Part shown: one piece after another, positions 51,521 through 64,000 of the stretch | How the letters are laid out: each line of letters begins with the position of its first letter | Position numbering within the stretch: position 1 is the first letter of the stretch | DNA from: Rhizodiscina lignyota | Taxonomy: Eukaryota | DNA length: 64,000 nucleotides | Assembly: GCA_010015805.1 (NCBI GenBank) | Contig: ML978126.1 | Location: forward strand, 682,001-746,000 | Reading direction: 5' to 3' | Program-made: the position numbers and the translations under genes | The notes under the pieces: model-generated | What the model saw: only the letters and a program-made list of their open reading frames with translations | The model's database searches: none | Told to the model about the DNA's origin: nothing

Positions 51521-52144
51521 ATGGCAACAACTCTACGATTCGCTGCTTGCGCTCTCCGCGTTTCTTCAAGTCGTTCAATCACACCCCGTGCAAGCAATCC
51601 TTCCTCGATATGCCAGAAGTGCCTCCGTGCATTTTCCTCATCGCAAAGACGGTCGTCAACTGCACCGTCTCCAGCATCACCAATACTAGTCAAGCTCCGT
51701 GGTGACCTCAAGTCCGCAATGCGGGCAAAGGACACAGCCCGGCTGTCAGTTCTTCGTGCTCTGCTTGCCGACATCACTAATGCGTCGAAAACATCCTCTC
51801 CAATAACGACAAACCCACAATTCCTCTCATTACTTCGCAAAAGACTGGCAGCAGCGGAAACAGCTGTGGAGGAATTCAAATCTGTCAGCCGACAGGATCT
51901 CGTTGACAAGGAGGAGGGACAAATGGAAGTGCTGCAAGGCTATGTAAAGGACGTTGGAGGGGATACGATGAATCCGGAGGAGTTAAAGAGCGCCATAGAG
52001 GAGGTGGTAGAAGAGATGAAAGCACAAGGCAAAGTCGTAATGGGAGAAGCATTGAAGAAGCTCTTAGGCCCAGGTGGAAAGTTGGAAGGAAAGGGTGCGG
52101 ATGGGAAGGAGGTAGCGAAGGTTGTCAGGTCGATGATATTGTAA
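51521..52144 (+). CDS. AIM41: Mitochondrial YqeY/GatB-domain protein Aim41
   Basis: Arg/Ser-rich presequence, then LRGDLKSAMRAKDTARLSVLR...EEFKSVSRQDLVDKEEGQMEVLQGY; divergent from NUP170 across 340 bp. Confidence 0.85.
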   Translation: MATTLRFAACALRVSSSRSITPRASNPSSICQKCLRAFSSSQRRSSTAPSPASPILVKLRGDLKSAMRAKDTARLSVLRALLADITNASKTSSPITTNPQFLSLLRKRLAAAETAVEEFKSVSRQDLVDKEEGQMEVLQGYVKDVGGDTMNPEELKSAIEEVVEEMKAQGKVVMGEALKKLLGPGGKLEGKGADGKEVAKVVRSMIL

Positions 52145-55052
52145 GGGATATGTAACAAGTCATTTGCATTTGGCCATAACATCCAAAATCTATCAAGCTG
52201 GACATTTTCACCCATAGAGGATGAGACTTGTATAATAGAATCACATGCGCAGCGTATGCCACTCTGTACAAATAAATGTATCAAGGGCTGTCTGGTCATG
52301 ACTCTGACGCTGAGCTTCAGAGACTTGATCGAGGCAAGCCAGGGAGATCCAAGAAAGATTTGAAAATGCATTTAAGACTTTTCTCTGGCAGACTAATGTA
52401 TAGGGGTATCGCATGGTGTGTGTATTTTATGCTGGATGGCATCTCTGCCAGGGTTGAGGTGGTCTACTGACGCGGTTGTTCGAGCATCAACCGTACTTTC
52501 GAAGGCATTTCTTCCAGCGCGTCCGGACTCTGCGTGCAGCATTACTTCAATCGTGCGCCGGCTCTCAGCAAACAGCACGAACATCTTGTTTGAATCTCAA
52601 TTTAGACCCCGTCCGTCCAACTATCTATGCGGAAATAGAGCGCTGGATTTCACGTGCAATCCCGTGACCGGCCGATTTTACGCGTCTTAGCAACGAGGCA
52701 CTTCACTTCAAGTTTCCACCGCGAGCTCTCTCGCGCAACTCTATCTCGCTCCCCCTTCCTATTCTACTTCTATCCGTCGCTCTAATCATGGGTTTGGGAC
52801 CATATTGCCCGTACATATAACGATACCAACCTAACCGTAATTATATCGCATCTTCATAGCTGTCTACTGCTACCAACTTTACCATTACCTTCCTAGCCGA
52901 AAGTTTGACCAAATCAAGCAATGGGGAATGGGACAAGATACCTCCCTTTCATCTAGCATCCTCGGGCCTGGCCTGACCGTCATTCCTCAGCGAAGTGCGG
53001 CCTCCTTTACAAGAGAACTTCCCACTAGGATGCCTCTTTAGCTACGAGAACTGACGGTACCGATGCCAAATCTCGATAACTATAAACAGAAGGCTAATGA
53101 GAATGGCTACGTGGCAGAGTAGTGATGATAGTCGATTAACTTACGGATGTGTAAAGAGAGCATCTGCCTACACCTGCTCCTCAACTTGCGACACTCTATG
53201 TTGCCCTGTTTCTGGCTCGCAATGGTTCGGTCCTCTGGTCCGCTCATGACCTCCATGGTCGGTATAGCTGATGTTAACACGGTCGTTCCAGCTACTAATC
53301 CCATCAGTGACGCGGTCGATCCCGGTAGCAGTATAGTGGTCCTAAACGAGTCTTAGTGTTCAGAGAATCTATAGGATCATTACGACGTGACCAGAGGGCA
53401 TGAGAGCTCGAGTACTGAGGAAGGATGCTTCGGCGAAGAGCGTTTAGTAGTCTCTTAGAAGAGTGACATCTGACCGCCTCAGGTTGGGATCTTGCATAAA
53501 CGGACGTATGGAAGCAACCTGGATCGGCAAAAGACGCCTTGGGAAATGGGCCGTACGTAACGGTCAAAAATAGCGAAATTCATATCTTCTCTAATAATCT
53601 CTACGTAGGCTGAGTTGTCCGTCCAAGGAACGTATCAAAAGACGTCGGCTACACGCCCACGGGCCACCTCCACTGACCTTGGGCTTCCTTAGGGTAAGGA
53701 GGCCATTATTCAGCCGTGCCGATGTTATACCATACCGCATGATCGTCCCGAGCAGGATTCAAGATTCTGCTACCTTCCGTATTCCGTTCTAGCCTGTCTC
53801 GGCGTCACACCAGCCTCATAGAACAGCCGGTTACAGCCTCAGTTGTTTCGGCACGGTGGCCTGAGTTGTAGGAAGTAAATCAGCCTCCCCGTGTGTAATC
53901 AGCTTTGATCGACACGCGTCTTCCCTTCCGCGTCCACACTAAATATCCGTTGCAGATCTAAAAATTAGCAGTTTTCGGTGATGGTAGAAATTGACCATAG
54001 AACACGGGACGATCATACTAGTGCTTTTGGTCTAAGTACAGGTTCGCATGTCTACTAGTTAAAAGCTATCTACTTGACCTGTTCAGCACAATTTGGCTTG
54101 GAGAATTCACCCTAAATTACTTTGTTTGGGTAAAGCGTGTGGCTTTAAGCTAGTAGGCATACGAACTGACGCGTCCATGCTCTGTATAAACGACAGCGGC
54201 TGTGACTACCTTTGGCAGTTTTCTCGCGTTCACGCTAGATAATTAAAGAGGAAACTACTACAAGTCAATATCATTAGCCGCGGCATTTTCGAAGAGTGAA
54301 AGCGTGCACAAACCGCACAAAATCAGATCACTGTTGTTGGATTGGGTCGATTGGCTGACGCCCCTCACGAGCCACGCTCGTCCGCCAACACTAAATATGC
54401 CGGGTAACATAGTAGGCTGAATCGCTCATCCGTATCATTTTACTGTGTTTCACCTTAACAAATCTAGTATAGAATTGAAGCTGCACTTGAGCTACATCCA
54501 CACTAAACCGAATATGTCATGAGGCGCACCCGATATAGAAACAACCAACGCGAGAAGGATCTACGTGACGTCATACCCAACTTCATCGGAGATTAACATA
54601 TATGTCTTGGCGCTTCCTTTTTGGCGGTTAACGCTACATACTACTACGAAGATACCTTGCATAGTTGGTGTTGGAGGCGGAAATACGGGGTCGTCTCCTT
54701 GCGGAACGCAAGACGGTCAAATCAGCCTTGCGATCCTACTCGTATCTAGGCTCCGTAGTCTAATGACGGGTCGATCCTAACATGAATTATGCTGGGTACC
54801 GTTGTTGGCTTCATAGAGAGGAACATAGTAGGATTTGCACCGTCGCCTTTGGGAATCCGTTCTTTCAGTGCAGTAGTAACACAATGTTCGAGCAGTGCTT
54901 TGAAGGGGTATAAGTATGTAGCAAGATTCCTGTGTTATCGACCATTCCACACCTTCAACCATCGTCCCTTTGATATCTGGAGATTACTTGTCTTGATCTC
55001 CAACTTCCTTCATCTCAGACAAAAAGAACAAAAAAGGAACGAAACGATCGTA

Positions 55053-55877
55053 ATGGTTTCCCCAACAAGGCTCGCTCTGTCGATTGCGTTATCCCTGATC
55101 AGCACAACTCAAGGATACGTGATTAAAGTCGACAACCACCAAGGAAATCTCCACAACTACGAGGTCCGATCCAGTAATCTGACGGCGGAGGAATTCCTGA
55201 GAACAAGGGAACCAGTTACTTTCCGCCGTGATATCGAAGAACGGAATCTCGGGGAACGACAATGCTTCGCCAGCACCACCTACAGCTATAAAATCATTGG
55301 GAATGGCAATCCTCACCAGAACTACAAGATCGGGCAGGTTGCGAATACCTTGATCTCCTGCCCTGGTACTGTAGCGACAGGAGAATCGCACACATTTGGG
55401 TGGAGTATTGGTGGAGGGTTTAACCCCGGCTCTGAGGCGTACGACTTTGCCAGCGTCGGCTTCTCAGTAGGTGAGAGCGATACGAAGACAGTCACAGACT
55501 CTTTCGAATGCGCCGGCAGTATGACAGAGATATGTGCGATGCATTATACAGCCGTTACGGCCGTCACTGTGGACTTCTACTCAGTAACAGAAAATTGTGG
55601 TGTGCAGAGCACGCAAGACGAAGGCACTGGGGTGGTTTATCTACCTAACAGTAACGGCATAGGCAGCACAGTCTCTCGCGGTACCAACTTTGGCGATCGA
55701 AATATCATCCAGTGCCGTGGGCAGGCCGCACGCGAAGTCGACTTCTATTGTGGACCCGCGGGTGGGCCAGAATGGTTCGACACCAACGAATATGGTCCCT
55801 GGTCCGATGCATACATGGCTGCGCTTGACCCAGCTGGCTGCGCGGTCCCTATTGAGGCTCTGAAATTCGACAGCTGA
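55053..55877 (+). CDS. Secreted Cys-rich protein (274 aa), possible aerolysin/ETX-like beta-pore-forming or effector protein
   Basis: Signal peptide MVSPTRLALSIALSLISTTQG, propeptide ending in RR/ER-type sites, mature part with 8 Cys, GNGNPHQNY and a Ser/Thr-rich amphipathic segment ESHTFGWSIGGGF...ASVGFSVGESDTKTVT. Intronless. Confidence 0.75.
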   Translation: MVSPTRLALSIALSLISTTQGYVIKVDNHQGNLHNYEVRSSNLTAEEFLRTREPVTFRRDIEERNLGERQCFASTTYSYKIIGNGNPHQNYKIGQVANTLISCPGTVATGESHTFGWSIGGGFNPGSEAYDFASVGFSVGESDTKTVTDSFECAGSMTEICAMHYTAVTAVTVDFYSVTENCGVQSTQDEGTGVVYLPNSNGIGSTVSRGTNFGDRNIIQCRGQAAREVDFYCGPAGGPEWFDTNEYGPWSDAYMAALDPAGCAVPIEALKFDS

Positions 55878-56631
55878 TTGCACCTAGAGCTGAGGAAACG
55901 TTTGAGAGACGCAGTTCGGTAACGATGAGGCAGGACGGTGGTGGTTGAACAGACGTTTACTGCTCGGCTACGATAACCAGTTGTGGGAAGTGTTCGCTTC
56001 AAACACTTAGCGGTGCCAGGGAGAAAGAGTCTGAGAGGCGAGACGGCTTTTTGTACTCTGCAAATTTCTTTTGCCTATGTCTTGCGTTATCGATTCATGT
56101 ACATATGCAAGATCGCGTTCTCTTGGCGCTGCCACTCGCCTTTCCATTCCTCCGTGCAATCCAACGCGGCACTTCGGGCCTTTTTCCAGCGAAGCTTCAC
56201 CTCCGACGTCAACTCCTCTCTCTGCAACTGCAGTGTACTCCGCAACCCCAAAACCCAAATGCAAGGACTCTATGTAGATCTCAACGTGGAGCTTGAGAGT
56301 ACAATAGGCTAAGTGATATATTTCTCGTTTCATTATCTCCAATATCGAGTACAAACGTATCTCTCTCGAACCTTGAGTCTCTTTAGTCAGTGTAATCCTT
56401 CGGAATAAAGTGATTGTCACCGCAATTAAATGTTCCGTCAAGTTTCATGGCCTCCAGAGCTACCGCCGAAAGCCAAGTTTCCTCGAATGATCACCATGCT
56501 TTCGTTGTAGATCTCTTCCTGTTCCTGGGAGCAAATTGACAGTAGAAGGTACGTATATAGACAGACGATGGAGGTCAGACAATTGAACGCTTGACTTTCT
56601 CCATACGGTTGATGCTCCGGTAGAGGTCGAA

Positions 56632-57826
56632 ATGCGGTCGCCGTTACTTTTTTCGGTCTCTCTATCCTTACTCCCGTATCTTGTTGACGGTTCACCGACA
56701 CATCGTGGAGGCCCATTGACATGGAGAGATATACGCCATTTGTAAGATTACATTTCTGACCTATCATGAAATTCGTATAACTGACTAAACCAGAGTAACT
56801 TTCGGTGACTCGTACACATACGTCCAAGGAACGCGAGGTCATGTCAACTCAACCTTCATCGGCGACCTCCAGAATCTTGCATTCACTCCGGAGCAACTGT
56901 TAACAGACTACATTGTACAGAATCAGGTATGTGAGAATCATTGGTACCGGTTTCGAAAGCTGTATACTCACCTATTGCAGACAGGGACAGCAGAAGGTGG
57001 CCCAAACTGGGTGGAGTACCTTACTGGCTGCGGACTGAAGCCCGGGCACACACTCCCACGAACCTGTGACTTGCAGCTCTGGGATTTCGCATTTGGTGGA
57101 TCTGACGTCTCCGAAGAATTGTAAGTCTGCCAAAGGTCTTCTCTAACGGAGCTAACGACAAGCTTCAGTGAGCCATTGCATCATCCGTACACTGTATCGT
57201 ATGTGAACCAAGTGAAGCAGTACATCGATTACGGCCATGATAAAATTTCTTATCATGGAAACCGCGAATTTTTGGATTCGACATTGGTGGCCGTCTGGAT
57301 AGGCATCAACGACAGCGGCGATTCTGGAAAGTACAACGTATCGTTCCCAGCTTGGTACGCCAATCTCACTTCGACCATCTTCGATAGCCTGTCGGACATG
57401 TATGCACTTGGTTACACTCAATATATGGTCTTGACTCTCCCACCAATGAACCGCCGACCCGGTCTCTGGAACTCAAGTGATCCAGTTCCAAGTGCCCTCC
57501 AAATCGAAGAGTGGGACACTGCGCTCAACAATTCGGCCAAGAACTTCGCCGCACAGCACGAAAAGGCTGAAGTGCGAGTATATGATGCAGGGGCGTTTCT
57601 CAGCGGTCTCCTGGATGAGCCAGACAAGTATGGCTTCAAGATTACAACGGACTTCTGTCAGGCCTATGATCAGCCTGATATCGATACCAACTACGCTTCG
57701 TATGGATGTCTTCCATTGTGGGAGTATTTCTGGTATAATTCTGGGCACATGACAACTCATGTACACAAGCTGTTGGCTGCGGATATTAAGAGCTTCTTGC
57801 AGAAGCCAACATTGTACGGGTCGTAG
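56632..57826 (+). CDS. Secreted GDSL/SGNH acetylesterase (CE16-like), 4 exons
   Basis: Signal peptide MRSPLLFSVSLSLL..., VTFGDSYT, GGPNWVEYL, WDFAFGGS, WIGIND, YFWYNSGHMT. Confidence 0.88.
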
Positions 57827-58923
57827 CAGAATTCTGCCCGAAGCGATTTGGAGGCTGGAAGCACAACGGAGAACACTGTTCACGCATATAGGGAAGCCAG
57901 TGAATTGAAATGGTGAGAGACCAGACACCAAAAGTAGTGAAATATGATGTTCATTGCATTCGGTGAAGTGAGTTCTTCTCTCGGAAACATCCAGATCTTC
58001 ATCCAAGACTTCGATTCTCGTTTCCCTTCACCGGCGGAGGGATTAGCACTCGCGTGCTTCCATGGTTTTGGCCGGCTTCATCCCTGACCTGTTCCCCTGA
58101 GTCAAACTAATCTAAAGTCAGGCCCTCATTAGATTCCATTAGCATCCCCGTCTATTCCTTGGTTATGAGGCCCCAAGGCTTTCAAGCCCATACTCCTACC
58201 GAAAGTCGAACTTGAACGCCGCCGACGTCATCGGATCATGGCGAAAAGTGCACCGAGCGGGAGCAACCGAGAACACACGGCTAGCATGTTCCATGCACAA
58301 GCCACTGTGAGCGAGCCAATTGCCTTGGCTATCCAGGTTATGACAGGGAAATATGCTTCATCTGTGCTGATTAGAGGCCGGTGGATATTGTGAGGCTGGG
58401 CCTCCAAAGCGAAAATCAAGATCGTCGCTGCCCAAAAGTCGCCTCGGTGACGGCGGAATGGGCGATGCTTTGAGACATGGCCAGCCACAGAAAATCCCTT
58501 AAAGACCCATTGCAGAACTCTCCCGCCTCGCTGAGACCCTTCAACTCATTTTCCCTCTCTGCCTGTCGTGCGAGTCGCACAATATCTGCCGCTACTGCAA
58601 GGTGCAGTTTACGAGACGTTGACGTCGCCCGCGACTCGGCTGGTGGTGGTGGATGACGTTGCCGTTGCAGCAAGCTCCCCACACCACTTCACGCACCTCA
58701 CCTCACACCCTGTGAAAGCAGGCTTCGAGCTCAGTCACGCCCGGATTACCCTATCGCACGTGCATACCAACCACCCTTTTCTATCCGGCGAGCCTTTCTC
58801 CTTCACGCAGCTTCTCTCACCTCAATTCTAAAGACCCCTCGATTTCGCAAGAAGCAAACATCTTCCTTCTCCACCGACATTTGATCATAGCACTGTATCC
58901 GCCACCACAGCAGATATCCAACA

Positions 58924-60436
58924 ATGTCGCGTCGGGAGTCTCACGTCTCCGAACGTGACGTCGCTTTCTTCGACGAGCGGGACGCTCCTGCGCGCAATCG
59001 CTGGGACCGCGAGCGCTTCGACCTGCACACTCGTGGCCGCGGCGGCGGCGAACGTGATATCGACATCCGCATCAACGAACGACGAGGCTCTGGGCCCCCC
59101 GAACCCGCTCCTGCCCCTCCACCGCCAGCGCCCGCGCGCCGTTCAGTCGTTGAAGAACGAGAGCGATTCTACGAGCGAGACACCTACTCCCCACCCGGCC
59201 GTCGTCGCGACCCCTACTGGGACGATCCCACGCCGTCAGAAGTGGCGAGGACGGCCTTAGCACCATATCGTGCGAAGGAGGTTATTCGCGAATATGAGCG
59301 CCCTGAGAGGCCACGATTTGTTCGCCGACAGTCGTCCCTCGATACATTTGACAGGAAGCCCGTACGATACGAGCGTGAAGAATGGCGTCCGCCATCATAC
59401 GTCCCAATACCCTTGCCGATCCGCCGCGATCCTCGCCGCTACGAGGATTTTGAAGAGGTGCGCTGGCGGGAACGCGAGCGCGAGCGCGAGCGCGACCTCT
59501 CCCCAGGCTGGGAGGAAGAATACCGTGACGTCCGAGTCCATAGGCGCAGTGCGTCTCGCCGTCGTCGCGGGAAGAGTGTTAGGTCTGCCAGCTCTTCGTC
59601 ATCGAGCAGCTCTGGAGACCTCGTGAGCGTGAAGAGCTCCAAAACATCGAAGACTGTAGTGGCGCCGCTTCTGGGGAAGAAGGGGAAGACGAGGATGCCA
59701 AAGCGTCTGGTACATAAGCAGGCGGTTATTGACATGGGACTGCCCTTCGTCGAGGAGGAACACTTTATCCTTGTGCAGAGGGCATTAGAGAAGGAACACA
59801 TCGACGAAATCATCAAGAAGAGTGAGGGTTACAAGGACAGTATGTTCCAACCGCCCCATCTGCAATTCCAGGTACAAATAGCTAACCTACCAAACAGCAA
59901 AAGTAACATACAAATATGAAGAAGTAAAAGAAAGGGGCGGGGAGGTCAAGGAGGAAGAAAAGATCGTCGAAAAGATCATTGAGGCTCCCCCTCCACTTCC
60001 ACCACCGCCAATGTTCATGCCGCCTCCAATGCCCCCTCCACCACCAGAGTCGATGCACCATTCTCATTACCCCCATCAATCTCACGCGGGCTCAGTGACT
60101 GAGCTCATCGAGGAAAAGAGGATCTACGACAATATTCAGGAACGGGCACCCCGCAGCGAAATAGATCTTTCCGAGCGCTCCGAGCGCATTGAGCGCGTCG
60201 ACCGTCGCAGCAACCGATCCATCCGCGATGAGATCCGCGCACTCGAGGCGGAGCGTGAAGCCCTGCGCTTTGAACGTCGTGCGGACAAGAAGCTACTCGA
60301 GGCGGGTAGACTGAGGGAGGGAGAATACGACGTCAGAGACGTCGAATTGGTCGAGCGGAGACGGCCGGTCGAGGAGGTCATCCGCGTAGAGAAGGATCGA
60401 CGAGGTCGGTTAGCCCTGGTGAAATCTAATCACTGA
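58924..60436 (+). CDS. Conserved Arg/Glu/Pro-rich fungal protein (possible alternative last exon to 60554)
   Basis: RPRFVRRQSSLDTFDRKP and GKKGKTRMPKRLVHKQAVIDMGLPF...LEKEHIDEIIKKS conserved-looking blocks; intron 59840-59897. Confidence 0.82.
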
Positions 60437-61369
60437 GCTCTCATGTGAGTGCGGTGGGGTCATGTGAGAATCCAATCTAATATTGATGTTTTATACAGGG
60501 CGACGTGCTCCAGACCCGAAGGCGATAGCATTTGCCATGTCCACCCTCACTTAGGGGGCTAGTGGCGGCATTTGGTTCTTCGACTGCCGGTGCCTTTTAC
60601 AACTTCGTCGCAACTCCCAGTGAGGGAGCTCAAGATTGCTATTTTACTGCTTCTGTGCTATAAATATGGATTCGGCTTGGAAGAACGATTTTTGGTTCTG
60701 GTCGAGATATCACGGATGGCATACTGGTGGCTGCATCTATGGAGAATTTCGGAACGTTTCTAACGGTCGATGATTTGGATTCCTTTCACTCTGTACGATT
60801 TAACGGCGGCTATGATGACCCAATTTGATACCTTCAAAATATGGAAAATAGATTCTATGCTATCCGCCCCCACTGTGGTGAAAAAACCCAATCTCCGTTC
60901 TAAATTTGCCTATCACATAATCGTAACTCGAGATGTAGGAGCTCTTATTTTGGATCTAAGTTTAATGGAGTATGCTCTCGCAAACTTTGAGGAAGGTCTC
61001 CCGCAGCCTGAACTGTGCTTGACCGCTGCGTTCAATCATTGGAGAAGGCTACCCGAAAGCGGCGCACATATATCAGAACTTTGACCATAACTAGATCTGT
61101 CTTGACACTCTATCTGCTGCCAGAGCCCTTGATGCGCGATAATGAAATGTTTTTGATAAATGGACGTCTCCACTCACGTGACATCGCGTTTTGCTTCAGA
61201 TTCGTGTTCACTGGAGCTCGCTCAAGAAACAAACTTGAAACATTTCAGTTTCCGGAATCGTTCTATCAAAGAGGAATCTGCGGGTCTGAGAACGAACACT
61301 TTGTCCGGAGATCGAGCAGCCTTGACTGAGAATTGGCTTCCATGACCAGGGGATCCCTTGAGTGGAAAC

Positions 61370-62606
61370 ATGCCTATGTGCATTGAGTGTCGGTACGTAT
61401 CCATTCAAATAGTGTATATTCCATGTCTCTACGTACTATAAGAAAGCTTTTGATCACCACTTTAACTACTTGACGCGTTTGGTCTTTAGTCTTCTTCTGT
61501 TTCGCAAGCTTGAGTCCCCATAATGTCATTCTCGCTTGTTATTACCAACTCGGAAGCGCCACGAAGTCCTATTCTCGTGGGGAATATCGTGCTCACTTAC
61601 ATCTTAGATATCCTGTGAAATCATTATACACAACATACAGCAAAGCCGACGATCGCTCTCTCGGAAAGGGTGTCCGGCTCACCCAATGTCCGAGGTGCAA
61701 GCGCTTCGCAGACAAATATGTTGAGCATGACTTTGTCGTGCTATTCATTGATCTTGTCCTGATCAAGCCACAAGTACGTCACATTCCATCCGTTTTGGTA
61801 TTTTTTGAGTGATCGTGGCTCACGTTTTTGCTCCCGTCCTGACGATTCAGCTCACTTCATGCATATATCTTGCCCTTGTGCTGATGAAATTCTCAGGTAT
61901 ACAGACATCTATTATTTAATCGTCTCGGCCGCGAAGATGATCGATTCGACGTACGCATCTTAAGACCCTATCTATATTCCAAAAATTCACTCATCAAATG
62001 CTACAGGATTCAATAATCCGTCTCGCCGTCCTCCTTCTCCTCTTCGACGTCTACCTAACCTGGGCACGCATCGAGAAATCCTCGCACCCCGCCCACACCG
62101 ACAACCCGCTTCCCCCATCCCCGCTCTCATCCCAACCTCTCGTCCTGCAGTATCTCTTCTTTCTCGCGCTCTGCGCCATCTCCACACTCGCATTCCACCT
62201 CCCCATCCGCCTCCTCTGCAAATACCCACCGCACTACCTCTCCACCGAGACTCAAGGCGGATTCGGAATCTTCCCGTACTATCCGCACCCGAACCCGTTG
62301 TCGACGGCGCTGCTGGTGTCCAGCTGCACGAAGCTCTTCCCACTGCTGCTGATCGTGTGGGAGTACGATCTGCCGAGCTCGGCGAGCGCGGTCAGCTGGG
62401 CGGTCATTGTGAACAATATCGCAGCGCTGGAGATCCTGATGGACTGTGGGTATGTGAGGGCAGCGCTGCTGGTGGCAATTGGGGCCGGGTGTAGGGCAAC
62501 GCTGAGTTGGGCGGTTCTGAGGGCTGTGGGGATGGAGGGGAGGTTGGGGTGGAGTTGGCAAGATGTGCCAGGGAGCTCGTTGGTGGAGTGGGCTGTGGGT
62601 TGGTGA
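61370..62606 (+). CDS. ARV1: Arv1 sterol homeostasis protein, 4 exons
   Basis: MPMCIECRYPVKSLY...VRLTQCPRCKRFADKYVEHDFVVLFIDLVLIKPQVYRHLLFN (Arv1 homology domain), TALLVSSCTKLFPLL. Confidence 0.93.
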
Positions 62607-62866
62607 TTACGATTCTGTATGATAGTAACTGGAGTTTATGTGATTCGTGCTGGCTCGTCGCGGGTACATAGTGACAGCCCGCAACTTTCAAAGAAGGAAG
62701 TGAACTTGCTGGTATCCATTATGATTCGCGCGGAAATGTACAAAGATGATATCCACGTATTCAGCGCCGTGAAACTCCGTCCAGTGCTCAATATACAGGG
62801 ACGCTTGAGATCCTCTCCGGCCTCGACTGTAGATGTGATCTCCTTCCTCCCAAATGCACGCTAATC

Positions 62867-63238
62867 TCATCCGGCATGTGCCCTCAAATCATTCCGTCTC
62901 GGCTCGATGAGTGGATGCCATTGCGCAAGGAAGGTAATCGCCCACATGATGAAGCAGGACCACGCGGAGAGGATGAGGGAGGATCGCCAGACTCTGTTTC
63001 CGAGAAGCGCATCAGTAAGTCTCTTACTCACAGAATACCTCTAAACCCTAAGAGTACAATGTTGAAGGCAGGTTCGAGGCTAGACACATACGTTTGATTT
63101 TCGCCCTTTGGCGACACGAACCAGGCGACGGCGCTGAAGACGATGATGAAAACAAGGCCAATGATTAGGGACCAGCTGGGGACAATGTCAGCTCTCTGCA
63201 TACGAGGGTTAAGGGAGGAGAGCATACCCGTTCGCCAT
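62867..63238 (-). CDS. VMA9: V-ATPase V0 subunit e, 3 exons
   Basis: MANGWSLIIGLVFIIVFSAVAWFVSPKGENQTVWRSSLILSAWSCFIMWAITFLAQWHPLIEPRR after splicing. Confidence 0.92.
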
Positions 63239-63721
63239 TTTGACTGCACGGTTGTTCAGGATGATATCGGTTGATCTGAAGAGCTCCAGAGCTGCCTGCT
63301 CTCTTTCGATGTGATGTTCGGAGGTCGGAGTTTGAGATCACGTGACTTTAGATGATGCCACGGCAGAGTCTTATCTCCAATGAGAGCGTGCGAATTGCTC
63401 CTTCTTTCTTTTCTTTCCTTCTTTCTCTTCTTTTAGAATATTTTCAAGATATCTTTTTAATGATTCTTTCCATCAGCTGTCACGATTGTCCATTCTCGCC
63501 GAGCAATTGGTTAGAGGGACGGTTGAGCAAACCGCTGTTGAAATAAAAATTTACACGCTGTGCGACGGGCAAGCTTTTCAACTTCACATCACGCGAGACG
63601 AGTTAAGACTTGGAATCTTCCGTGCTCTACTTTTGGGTTCTCTTCATAGGTCTAGACAGCTTCAGCAACTATTCACTTCGCCAGCTAACTAGGACACCCA
63701 TCTCATCTTGAGAATTCCACT

Positions 63722-64000
63722 ATGGCAAACGGAGAATCCCCTTCTCTCGCTTCATACAAATCAAAGTTTCTATCAGACTGCGTGTCTGCCGAAGCGCTGA
63801 AGTTCGGCACGTTCACACTCAAATCGAAACGTATATCGCCATACTTCTTCAATGCTGGTCTTTTCCATTCAGCAAAGCTCGCCAGGTCAATCTCGGCTGC
63901 ATATGCCTCTACTCTAGCATCCGCAAACATTGAGTTCGACGTACTGTTTGGGCCCGCATACAAAGGCATCCCGCTCGCCGCTCTCACTGTCGACAAGCTT
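63722..64000 (+). CDS. URA5: Orotate phosphoribosyltransferase (3'-truncated by the window)
   Basis: [24 protein letters not shown]...[15 protein letters not shown]. Confidence 0.95.
   Translation, partial: MANGESPSLASYKSKFLSDCVSAEALKFGTFTLKSKRISPYFFNAGLFHSAKLARSISAAYASTLASANIEFDVLFGPAYKGIPLAALTVDKL

Noticed and set aside
52700..54700. Coding-like fragments between AIM41 and the secreted protein
   Set aside because: Frequent stops in all frames and no motif I can assign; possibly a pseudogene but unsupported.
54789..55052. Upstream in-frame extension of the secreted-protein ORF in the ORF track
   Set aside because: The ATG at 55053 directly precedes a clear signal peptide; the extension looks like UTR or promoter sequence.
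62994..63091. VMA9 second intron contains internal TAG acceptors and a GTGAGT donor (possible nested intron or micro-exon)
   Set aside because: Single-intron removal already gives the canonical subunit e sequence, and the internal pieces would be very short with a poor branch site.

Overview
Gene-dense genomic DNA from a filamentous ascomycete (Pezizomycotina, probably Dothideomycetes-like), with short GT-AG introns of about 50-65 nt and CTRAY branch sites. The core genes, left to right, are: Rrn10-like (partial), MND1, HEL2, velB, a small HSP, MCD4, an F-box-like ORF, a TenA-family gene, a conserved hypothetical gene, a four-gene module (sugar transporter, P450, FAD monooxygenase, zinc transcription factor), NUP170, AIM41, a secreted Cys-rich protein, a CE16/GDSL esterase, an R/E-rich conserved protein, ARV1, VMA9 and URA5 (partial). 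The most striking observation is a tRNA-Arg(ACG) gene at 12584-12718 (-). Besides a normal 8-nt anticodon-loop intron, it carries a 55-nt insertion in the D-loop with every hallmark of a spliceosomal mRNA-type intron (GTTTGT...GACTAAC...TAG). Removing both inserts gives an intact 72-nt tRNA. Next to it lies a ~10 kb accessory island with a decayed DUF3435/Starship-captain-like tyrosine recombinase, orphan genes and several tandem repeats. All family assignments are from motif recognition by eye; no database searches were run.
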